This document shows, piece by piece, positions 1-7,544 of a stretch of DNA of 32,000 nt. A model generated the notes under the pieces. It saw only the letters and a list, made by a program, of their open reading frames with translations. It was not told where the DNA came from and ran no database searches. Location of the stretch: positions 1,500,001-1,532,000 of the forward strand of contig CP091279.1 in NCBI GenBank assembly GCA_021650915.1. The letters run 5' to 3'. The DNA comes from Candidatus Brocadia sp. (GTDB lineage: Bacteria; Planctomycetota; Brocadiia; Brocadiales; Brocadiaceae). The position numbers and the translations under genes were made by a program. Each line of letters begins with the position of its first letter. Within the stretch, counting starts at the first letter, position 1.

Positions 1-2188
1 CAAAAATTTTGGGCATCATATCCTCAGCTATTCCCGTACCGGTGTCTTTGAAACTGATATGCACGGTACGCTTATCTTTTTGAGTTGTTGTTATTGCAAT
101 CGTATCCCCGTTAATGGTAGCATCATCCGCATTAATCAAGAGATTCATAAATACCTGCTGCAACTGCTCAGCAAAGCCATTGATTTTTGGCAGACGGGGA
201 GATAGTTTTACCCTGATATTTTTATTTTTTGCAGCAAATTGCTCCACAATGAGGGAAACCGTATCTTTGATCAGCTCGTTAATGTTCACTGGTTTTGGTT
301 GTTCATTTCCCTCAAAATGAGATAGTTCCAGCAAAGAATCAACGGTTTTTTCAATACGTTTTGTTACCTTTTGCATCGTCTTGAATTCTTTCAGCGTCTC
401 GCTGGCAAAGGAACCGTTCCGCTCCAGAAAGCCCTGTATCATGCCGGAAAGAATCGCCAGGGGGGTATTGATCTCATGAGCGACTCCGGCCGCAAGCCGC
501 CCAATTGAAATCAAGCGGTCGGAATGCACCAGTTGCTGCTGGAGTCGTTGCTGTTTTTCCTCCTCCTGCTTTCGCTCGGTAATATCCTGAATTAACTCCA
601 GCACCTGCACCACCTTGCCCTCCTTGTCGAAGATGGGAGAACTCATTACATTGCAGTATTTCTTTTTGTGGTTATGATAAATCACCCGTTCCGTCTGGCT
701 TATTCTTCCCGTCTCAAATACCCGGACAGACGGGCAATCCGCGGGAACCGACGGAAGGTAACAATACGTCTCAAAGCAGGTTTGGTTCAGAATCTGATTG
801 CCTGACGGATGATGCTCGATCAATCGCTTATTCGCCCAGCATATTTTATTATGTCGGTCGATAACCAGCAGGTCAGCGCCAATTTCTCTTACAATGTTAT
901 CCAGTTTTTTCTTTTCCTCAATGAGCTCCGATTCCAGGTTCTTTCTTCTCGTTATGTCCCGGAAATGTATCAGCAGGTATAAAATATTTCCTCCTTCTTT
1001 TACCACGGTAACATCCAGTTCCATAACCAGGACCTGTTGGTTCTTGCTGATAACCTCAATCTCCGTTGTTTGGACATTTTTCTGAACCGCCATGACAAGA
1101 AGCTCTGAAACAAATCGTTTTGATGATTCCGGTAAAAAATCATAAATATACCTGCCTAAAAGCTCCTCCATCGTGTAACCAATAATCTTTTCTTCCCGCT
1201 GATTTACCGTAAGAATCTTGCCGTTCAGGTCAATCATCATCATGGAATCCGCGGCGTGGTTAAACAGCATTTTATACCGTTCTTCCGACGCCTTGATGCG
1301 GTTGAACAGCTTGGTGTTTTCCATGGCAATGGCGAGTTGTGGCGCTATCTGCCAGAGGTAATAATAGCACTGCTCGTGAAAACTATTCGGTTTTTCGCTT
1401 CCAAAAGTAAAAGCGCCGAGCACCTTCCCTTTATACGTGAGGGGAAACCCAAGCCGTGAGTGTATCCGCTCTTTCAACAACACCCTGTCAGTCCAGAATC
1501 TGCCATTTTGGGTGTTGTTGACAATCACGGGCTCACCGGTTTTGATAATTTCCTCGAGGAGACTGCCGGCCAGGGGAAAAGATTCGCCTTCATTGATCTC
1601 GCTGAAAGTATACGTTTTTGCAAGCGCAAACACCTGAAACCATTGTCCCTGTTCATTCGAGGTAATGAGGCATGCGCGATCAAAGGGTATGACCTTCTTT
1701 AACTCACTGCATACCTGGGAAAAACCCTCCCGGATATCCAGACTGGCGGCAATGATTTTATTGGTGTTGCTGATGATTTCTTTTTCCGTGAGCGTCCTCT
1801 TCAGGCTGGCTTCGAGCTGTTGCTTGTAAAGGGCTTTTTCTATGGCCTTCTTTAAATAATCCGGATCGAATGGTTTCAGGACATAATCAACTGTGTCCAG
1901 ACACAGGGAGCTCATAGCGCTCTTTATTTTGTCCTGATCAACCATCACGAGAATGATTGTGTCCGGAGAAACCTCTTTGATTCTGTTCACGAGGGAAAGC
2001 TCAGCAATATCATGAAATCTCAGGTCGAGGAGGATTAAATCGACACCCTGTTTCATGAGCACCTGAACAGCTTCATCATGATGAGATGCGGCATAAACAT
2101 GATACCCGTTTTCCTCAAGCAGACCCTTGAGTGATACACACATCATGGTATCATCGTCGACGATAAGTATCTTGTGACTCGCTTGCAT
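1..2188 (-). CDS. Hybrid sensor histidine kinase (REC-GAF-PAS-PAS-HisKA-HATPase); C-terminal end runs off the window
   Basis: Absent from the ORF track because it has no stop inside the window. Hand translation of the minus strand from the ATG (complement of 2186-2188) gives MQASHKILIVDDDTMMCVSLKGLLEENGYHV...DLILLDL (receiver). Later it gives QQQLVHSDRLISIGRLAAGVAHEINTPL (H-box), QQVFMNLLINADDA (N-box) and FKDTGTGIAEDMMPKIF (G1 box). The frame stays open to position 2. There is an in-frame alternative ATG at 2215. Confidence 0.85.
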   Translation of the reverse strand, partial: MQASHKILIVDDDTMMCVSLKGLLEENGYHVYAASHHDEAVQVLMKQGVDLILLDLRFHDIAELSLVNRIKEVSPDTIILVMVDQDKIKSAMSSLCLDTVDYVLKPFDPDYLKKAIEKALYKQQLEASLKRTLTEKEIISNTNKIIAASLDIREGFSQVCSELKKVIPFDRACLITSNEQGQWFQVFALAKTYTFSEINEGESFPLAGSLLEEIIKTGEPVIVNNTQNGRFWTDRVLLKERIHSRLGFPLTYKGKVLGAFTFGSEKPNSFHEQCYYYLWQIAPQLAIAMENTKLFNRIKASEERYKMLFNHAADSMMMIDLNGKILTVNQREEKIIGYTMEELLGRYIYDFLPESSKRFVSELLVMAVQKNVQTTEIEVISKNQQVLVMELDVTVVKEGGNILYLLIHFRDITRRKNLESELIEEKKKLDNIVREIGADLLVIDRHNKICWANKRLIEHHPSGNQILNQTCFETYCYLPSVPADCPSVRVFETGRISQTERVIYHNHKKKYCNVMSSPIFDKEGKVVQVLELIQDITERKQEEEKQQRLQQQLVHSDRLISIGRLAAGVAHEINTPLAILSGMIQGFLERNGSFASETLKEFKTMQKVTKRIEKTVDSLLELSHFEGNEQPKPVNINELIKDTVSLIVEQFAAKNKNIRVKLSPRLPKINGFAEQLQQVFMNLLINADDATINGDTIAITTTQKDKRTVHISFKDTGTGIAEDMMPKIF

Positions 2189-2398
2189 GGACACGGTTCG
2201 TCCACTCTCTTTCATCGGAAATAGCGGATATCTCACATGGTATTCCTAGCCACAATATTAATATTATGAGAAATTTATGTCAAGTTTAAAGCTTGGTATT
2301 GACTGCGGAAGTAAAATCAAACGACTCTTTATCTCTCCGCAAAATTCCAGCGGACAAGATCTTCTCTTGACCAGGAAGAGAATTGTAAATAAGTTTGC

Positions 2399-2427
2399 TT
2401 GACTTCTTGAACCCTTATTGATATGTT
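2399..2427 (+). promoter_or_regulatory. Candidate sigma70-type promoter for the nqr/rnf-like operon
   Basis: TTGACT (2399-2404), 17-nt spacer, TATGTT (2422-2427), about 155 nt upstream of the 2582 start. Motif match only. Confidence 0.3.
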
Positions 2428-2474
2428 ATCGCAAATCTTCTTATTTTAATGTACAGGAACTTCAAAGTTGCGAT

Positions 2475-2503
2475 TGTAGAGCGACGAGGCTCGTCGCTCT
2501 ACA
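2475..2503. repeat. REP-like perfect palindrome, copy 1 (TGTAGAGCGACGAG-G-CTCGTCGCTCTACA)
   Basis: Two perfectly complementary 14-nt arms read directly. It sits in the 5' leader of the nqr/rnf-like operon. The core AGAGCGAC[G/C]AGGCT[C/G]GTCG[C/T]TCT recurs at 4733-4755 and 27850-27876. Confidence 0.8.
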
Positions 2504-2581
2504 GCGAGAAAGTCGCCGAAGGCCTAATTAACTCACAACGAATGTGCCTTGTAATTCTCTTACCAGGATTAAGACATACCA

Positions 2582-3616
2582 ATGAGGAAAGAAACCATAG
2601 GGTTTAAAGGCGGGTTTCATCTGCTGGATGCTTACCCCGTGTCATTTTGCAATATTATCGATGAGATCTCCTCTGACGGTGCCCTGGAAACGTTTCAATT
2701 ACCGGTCCCCGCCAAAAAGGTAGAACAGGTCATTGTGAACCTGTGCCCCACCGAACCCTGGGCATTGCCCAACTGGGTAATCCTGAAACACAAGACGGCT
2801 GCATTCCTTGCTATGGTAAAAGAGATGCAAACAAGGTATTTTCCCGATGCCCGGTTTTCTCTGGCGATCAACGAAAAAGAAGAGAGGGTTGTTGAAGATG
2901 CGAAGCTTTTTGCCGGCAGCGAAGACTGGATAAGGGCCGTCCCGCTTGCTGCAAAGTATCCTCAGGACGACCCCATCGTCCTGATAAAGGTACTTTTGGG
3001 CATGGATGTAACTTTTGGTCAGGATACGATGCCGCTGGGAATAGTGACCCTGGATGCCCAAACTGTTTCAGCCATCTATGAGCAGGGTATCAGGGGAAAG
3101 AACGTAAATTCACGCTACCTTGTCCTCTCGGGCACGGGTTTACGGGAGAACGAAATTATTCACGTTGAACTGGGGACGTCTGTGAAAAAGATTCTGAAAA
3201 ATAAGGTGCGAGACGCAGACGCGTTCCGTGTGTTTATAAACGGCCCCTTACGGGGCAAAGAAATAACCGATTTTTCATACACGATTGACTGGTCTGTCAA
3301 CAATATCGTGGTTTTAGAGGAAAAGAACCGGAAGGTACTGTTTCCCATGTTCAAGGCTGACGAACTGGCATTCACGACAAACATGCTCGGTGAATCGCGG
3401 CGGTGCGTCTATTGTAATTTCTGTGATGATATTTGCCCGGTTGGCTTAGAGCCTGCACTCTATTATCACCATTATGTGCGCGGGGAAAAGCACAAGGCAA
3501 GGTTGTATCATTTGGGAAAATGCATCGAATGCGGACTGTGCAGTTTCATCTGTCCATCAAAGTTAGAACTCCTGAAAATAATTCTGGAATGCAAAGCGCC
3601 GGGTAAAAACGAATGA
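2582..3616 (+). CDS. RnfC/NqrA-family subunit with two 4Fe-4S motifs and no recognisable flavin/NADH module
   Basis: 344-aa ORF. CVYCNFCDDICP and CIECGLCSFICP are two CxxCxxCxxxCP ferredoxin motifs at the C-terminus, as in RnfC. The central part (VIVNLCPTEPW..., YPQDDPIVL...) resembles the RnfC/NqrA core. I see no GxGGAGFP-like motif. ATGA overlap with the next gene. Confidence 0.75.
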   Translation: MRKETIGFKGGFHLLDAYPVSFCNIIDEISSDGALETFQLPVPAKKVEQVIVNLCPTEPWALPNWVILKHKTAAFLAMVKEMQTRYFPDARFSLAINEKEERVVEDAKLFAGSEDWIRAVPLAAKYPQDDPIVLIKVLLGMDVTFGQDTMPLGIVTLDAQTVSAIYEQGIRGKNVNSRYLVLSGTGLRENEIIHVELGTSVKKILKNKVRDADAFRVFINGPLRGKEITDFSYTIDWSVNNIVVLEEKNRKVLFPMFKADELAFTTNMLGESRRCVYCNFCDDICPVGLEPALYYHHYVRGEKHKARLYHLGKCIECGLCSFICPSKLELLKIILECKAPGKNE

Positions 3617-4716
3617 AAAAATTTCTGAAACCTCTGGAACCACTCCTGGATAAGGGCCTCAACACGACTGAGTCTTTTATTCATTCTCACCGGAACGTTC
3701 ATTTTCTCTTTGGATCCCTCTTTGGGGCAATTGACGGACTGCTCCGCAGCCCAAAGGAAACGGCACAGGCGCCTCCCTTTATCAGGAGCAATTATGACGT
3801 AAAACGGTTTATGGGCGCCATCCTGGTGGCATTGACAACCGGATGGGTATTGCCGGCGATGTACTTGTTTGGCTGGCAATGCGTCGTCTTCAAATTGCTC
3901 ATTTCTTTTGTTATAGGCGTTTTTATTGTCGATGTCCTATGGGCAATCCTTGCACGGGAGGAACATATCAACGAAGGTGGTTTTGTTACCTGCCTGTTTA
4001 TTCCGGCTATCCTGCCGCCTCAGGCGCCACTTTGGCTGGTTGGTTTGGGGGCAGCGTTAGCCATTATTTTTAGAAATATCCTGGGCGGGGTTGGGAATAA
4101 TCTCGTAAATCCAGCCCTCTTCAGCCGTTTGTTTTTGACGATCTGTTTCCCTGCATTTCTGGTGACCGGTTATCAAACGCCCCTTGTTGGCATCCAGGAT
4201 ATTCATGCTGTGCATCAGGGATTGGATGCTGTTACCCATGCCACCCCGTTTACGGCATTTAAGACGAGTGGAGAGGTTGCATCGTATCTTTCCCTGTTAT
4301 TAGGCACGGCGACTGGCTCTCTCGGTGAGACGTGCCGCGTGGCATTGATCGTATCCGGACTGTGGCTGATTAAGATAAAGGTTGCTAACTGGAGAATACC
4401 AGCGTCCTATCTGGGCAGCGTGTTTGTCTTTTCCGTCTTTTTTTCCCTGATTTTGGGCAAGGCTGTTGCGCCACCCTTCTTCCAACTCCTGAGCGGTGGG
4501 TTGATTTTAGGGGCATTTTTTATGGCTACTGACCCGATAACCACAACGTATAATCAAACTGCGAAATGGATCTTTGGGGCGGGATGTGGATTTATTACCG
4601 TGCTGATACGCGATTTTACCACCTTGCCTGAAGGGGTAATGTATTCCATTTTGCTTATGAACCTTCTGGCCATTCCGATTCAAGCGCTTATGGTAAAAAT
4701 ACGCTATCGTTTATAA
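3613..4716 (+). CDS. NqrB/RnfD-family polytopic membrane subunit
   Basis: 367 aa and very hydrophobic. Family landmarks: GNNLVNPALFSRLFL, GSLGETCRVALIVSGLWLI and GAFFMATDPITTTYN. The PPFIRSNYDVKRFMGAILVAL N-terminal segment resembles the NqrB-type extension. Confidence 0.9.
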   Translation: MKKFLKPLEPLLDKGLNTTESFIHSHRNVHFLFGSLFGAIDGLLRSPKETAQAPPFIRSNYDVKRFMGAILVALTTGWVLPAMYLFGWQCVVFKLLISFVIGVFIVDVLWAILAREEHINEGGFVTCLFIPAILPPQAPLWLVGLGAALAIIFRNILGGVGNNLVNPALFSRLFLTICFPAFLVTGYQTPLVGIQDIHAVHQGLDAVTHATPFTAFKTSGEVASYLSLLLGTATGSLGETCRVALIVSGLWLIKIKVANWRIPASYLGSVFVFSVFFSLILGKAVAPPFFQLLSGGLILGAFFMATDPITTTYNQTAKWIFGAGCGFITVLIRDFTTLPEGVMYSILLMNLLAIPIQALMVKIRYRL

Positions 4717-4732
4717 GAATAGAGTTCAATGA

Positions 4733-4755
4733 AGAGCGACGAGGCTCGTCGTTCT
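4733..4755. repeat. REP-like palindrome, copy 2 (AGAGCGACGAG-G-CTCGTCGTTCT)
   Basis: 11-nt arms with one G:T (wobble-compatible) mismatch, between nqrB-like and nqrC-like genes. It accounts for the first ~15 codons (MKSDEARRSANRIDK) of the track ORF that starts at 4729. Confidence 0.75.
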
Positions 4756-4773
4756 GCAAACCGCATAGATAAA

Positions 4774-5523
4774 ATGAAAATTCCTCTATCATCAAAATAC
4801 CTGACAGAGTTAAAACTAATTCTTTCACGAATTGCGGCAATCCTCTTCATCACTTTTTTGCCCTGCATTGGGCTGCTAATGGTATATGTTTTTACTGCCC
4901 CAAGAATTGCCGAATACTATGACATAAAGGAAAAAAGGGCCGTGTTGGATATCTTTCACATACCGTATCGTACCACGGAGCGCCATATCGCTGGTTTTGC
5001 CTTCACGAGTATTGATAAAAAAGACCTCAAGGACGTTTTTCGTAACAACATAACCGTTGAAGAGCCAAAGGTAGCATGGGAAATCCAGGCGACAGGAACA
5101 CAGACGGCTGGGGGAAAACCGAAAGGCGAGCAGAGAAAAAAACTCTACAAATATGTGAAAGACGGAAAACTTCAGGGTATTGGTTTTGTCGAATCCAGGA
5201 TGGGATATGGTTATAACAAGTCGAGCACCATGTCACTTTTCATCTGCGTTGAGCCTGATCTGGAAACGCTAAAAGGACTCGAAGTGCTGGATCACAGTGA
5301 AACTCCCGGTCTGGGCGGAAGGATCGTTGAGGAATCGTTTAAAAAACAATTCGTCGGCAAAAAGGTGCGTCCCAGGATATTCGTCGTAAAGGGAAAGAAG
5401 GCTGAAGGCGCCAATGAAGTGGATGCGATTACGGGCGCTACGAATACCAGCAAGGGGATAGAGCAATTTATTAATGACGCCATGAAAGAATTTTGGGAAG
5501 AGCAAGGGGACATCAAATGGTAG
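4774..5523 (+). CDS. NqrC/RnfG-family FMN-binding subunit
   Basis: SETPGLGGRI and VDAITGATNTSKG (S/TGAT flavinylation motif), with an N-terminal membrane anchor ILSRIAAILFITFLPCIGLLMVYVF. I moved the start to the ATG at 4774 (MKIPLSS...) because the upstream codons lie in the palindromic repeat. Confidence 0.85.
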   Translation: MKIPLSSKYLTELKLILSRIAAILFITFLPCIGLLMVYVFTAPRIAEYYDIKEKRAVLDIFHIPYRTTERHIAGFAFTSIDKKDLKDVFRNNITVEEPKVAWEIQATGTQTAGGKPKGEQRKKLYKYVKDGKLQGIGFVESRMGYGYNKSSTMSLFICVEPDLETLKGLEVLDHSETPGLGGRIVEESFKKQFVGKKVRPRIFVVKGKKAEGANEVDAITGATNTSKGIEQFINDAMKEFWEEQGDIKW

Positions 5524-6932
5524 GGTTGAGGAGAAGCGTACGAAAGGTTTCCAAATATTTTATGAGAGATAATCTCATCCTGACTGCCGGCGCCGGTCTC
5601 GGATTTTGTTCCTCCCTTGCGGTTACCAATAAACTGGAAAATTCCCTGACCATGGGAATCGGCGTAACCCTGGTAACGGCAGGCAGTTTTTGCGTGGTCT
5701 ATCCTTTCAAGCGGTTGATATCGACCGCCGGCACACATCATAAAATTTCCCTTTTAATGATTATTGTGTCCGTCTTTGTGGCGATCTTTGGATTTTTTGC
5801 GCAGGCCTTTGTCCCTGCAATTACGGCAAATATCAAGGCATATATCGATCTGATTACCACAAATTGCATTGTACTTGCGGTAATCTCCGAGGGACTGACC
5901 GTTGGCTTTTGGGATGCCCAAAAAAAGATCTTAAAGGCATGTTTCGGTTATTCGGCCGCCCTGATCTTGCTTGCATTTCTCCGTGAGCCTTTGGGTTTTG
6001 GAACGGTTATGGGCTTTTCCGTGCTGCCGGATACCTTCCCAAAGGTGGTTCTTATGGTTACCCCGGTGGGTGGCTTCTTTGCCCTTGCCGCATTCAGGCT
6101 CTTATTGCGCCCTTTTCTCCTTAAGACGGGGATCGTATGCCAGGAATCGTCCGCCTGCGGGTGCGCATCCGCTGCCCATGGTGGAGTTCCGCTTGTCGTT
6201 TCCCACCCAAAACGGGGAATTTCCAGAACAACATTGATCGCGATAGGATTGGGTGCTGCTCTGTTTGTCAGTCTCATCGTCCATATACAGACAATACCCA
6301 CCTTGCATCAGCATTTTCTCATTCTTTTCCCGGTACTGCTCAATGCCCTCTTCTTTGACGGGATTGTGCTAAGCAAGCTTTTGGGGTTATGCCCCCTGAT
6401 CAATAAATCGCGCCAAATAGATGCGGCGTGGAAGATGGGGGTTGCGGTAATTATTGTAACGACGTTATCCACCGCATTAAATTGGGTCGTATATCAGCAT
6501 ATCCTGGTACGGTGCAGCGACTTTTTGTCACAGTACTCACCTATCCCCCTCCGGTTGGAAAATATCTTCTATTTAACCGTTTTTATTGTTACCATTGCCG
6601 TGTTTGTGCAAATCCTGAGTGTCCTCCTAAGAAAATTTGCAAAAGCTGTATATGAACAGATGGGGCAGTTCCTGGAACTTATCACGGTCAATTGCATTGT
6701 CCTGGCCAGTGCCACGTTTACGATACCCACAGGGGCGAAATTCCTGGTTACAACCGTTACAGCGTTTGGATACGGACTTCATTGGATGATGGTTGTCGTG
6801 TGGCTTGCTATACTCAGACGTCAGCGGCTCTTTGTCCCCACGACTGCATGGGATGAAGATACCATCGCCATCCTGCTCCTCGGTATCATGGCGGCCATCT
6901 TTACGGGGATCGGGATGATTCAGCTTTTTTAA
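5517..6932 (+). CDS. Fused NqrD-NqrE (RnfE-RnfA) membrane subunit
   Basis: The first half has GLGFCSSLAVT and DLITTNCIVLAV. The second half has LLGLCPLINKS and ELITVNCIVLAS, so the paired conserved Cys motifs of both paralogs are on one polypeptide. Start chosen at ATG 5517 (AAGGGGA 7 nt upstream, 7-nt overlap with the previous gene); the track ORF starts at 5493. Confidence 0.85.
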   Translation: MVGLRRSVRKVSKYFMRDNLILTAGAGLGFCSSLAVTNKLENSLTMGIGVTLVTAGSFCVVYPFKRLISTAGTHHKISLLMIIVSVFVAIFGFFAQAFVPAITANIKAYIDLITTNCIVLAVISEGLTVGFWDAQKKILKACFGYSAALILLAFLREPLGFGTVMGFSVLPDTFPKVVLMVTPVGGFFALAAFRLLLRPFLLKTGIVCQESSACGCASAAHGGVPLVVSHPKRGISRTTLIAIGLGAALFVSLIVHIQTIPTLHQHFLILFPVLLNALFFDGIVLSKLLGLCPLINKSRQIDAAWKMGVAVIIVTTLSTALNWVVYQHILVRCSDFLSQYSPIPLRLENIFYLTVFIVTIAVFVQILSVLLRKFAKAVYEQMGQFLELITVNCIVLASATFTIPTGAKFLVTTVTAFGYGLHWMMVVVWLAILRRQRLFVPTTAWDEDTIAILLLGIMAAIFTGIGMIQLF

Positions 6933-6946
6933 AATGGATTACAGAA

Positions 6947-7225
6947 ATGAAGACCGTCGGCATAGATAAAAGTGAAATTATTAATTTCCTGAGGTTAGAC
7001 CTGATATCTGAAATTCAGGCCACAAAAAAATCCTTAGAACTTTTTGAGAAAAAATATAACAAGTCATTTAAAGAGTTTGAAAAGGAAGTATTAGAAGGGG
7101 AGGAGGAATTTGTAAAATGGGATGATTATCTGGAGTGGAGGGCATACCGTGATACCTATAAAGATCGAATGAAGGATCTGAAAAACTTAAAAGATGAGAA
7201 AAACATTAAGGTTATTATAAGGTAG
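6947..7225 (+). CDS. Small charged coiled-coil protein, possible partner of the downstream DUF6516-like gene
   Basis: 92 aa. LELFEKKYNKSFKEFEKEVLEGEEEFVKWDDYLEWRAY resembles small helical antitoxin-like proteins I recall (pattern FE.KYG.S.EEF....E..F..W). The region is AT-rich compared with its flanks. Confidence 0.55.
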   Translation: MKTVGIDKSEIINFLRLDLISEIQATKKSLELFEKKYNKSFKEFEKEVLEGEEEFVKWDDYLEWRAYRDTYKDRMKDLKNLKDEKNIKVIIR

Positions 7226-7283
7226 CGCTATAATCAAGAAGTACGAGACGCTGGATGTTAAATTAGGAAAAGATTTTTATTAT

Positions 7284-7544
7284 TTGAAAATAAGGGCTGA
7301 TATTAAAAATAACACAGAGCTATATTTAAGAGAGTATATGCGTATTGGAGATGAAAAATATTCCTATCACTGGCAGGAAAAGGAAGGAAAATTAATTACC
7401 AGATGGGATAACGCGCCACACCAAAAGGTAAAAACGTTTCCCCATCATAAGCATCTTTCAGATGGAACCGTGGTTGAATCATACGAGATTACGCTGGAAA
7501 AAGTATTAAAAAGCATTGAAACGAAGCTCGGAGTAAAACAATGA
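7284..7544 (+). CDS. DUF6516 / TumE-family toxin-like protein; N-terminus uncertain
   Basis: YSYHWQEKEGKLITRWDNAPHQKVKTFPHHKHL matches the remembered family signature Y.YHWQ...G.L..RWDNAPHH....FPHH.H. The frame is open back to 7221 (..IIKKYETLDVKLGKDFYYLKIRADI) with no ATG or GTG, so the TTG at 7284 is the only conventional start. ATGA overlap with the nqrF-like start. Confidence 0.7.
   Translation: MKIRADIKNNTELYLREYMRIGDEKYSYHWQEKEGKLITRWDNAPHQKVKTFPHHKHLSDGTVVESYEITLEKVLKSIETKLGVKQ

Noticed and set aside
5948-6655. Cluster of 70-117-aa ORFs on both strands inside the nqrDE fusion, and similar nests inside the MCO-HAO, ATPase, MCO and porin genes
   Set aside because: They overlap long ORFs that carry strong family motifs. 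They are shadow ORFs with no motifs of their own.
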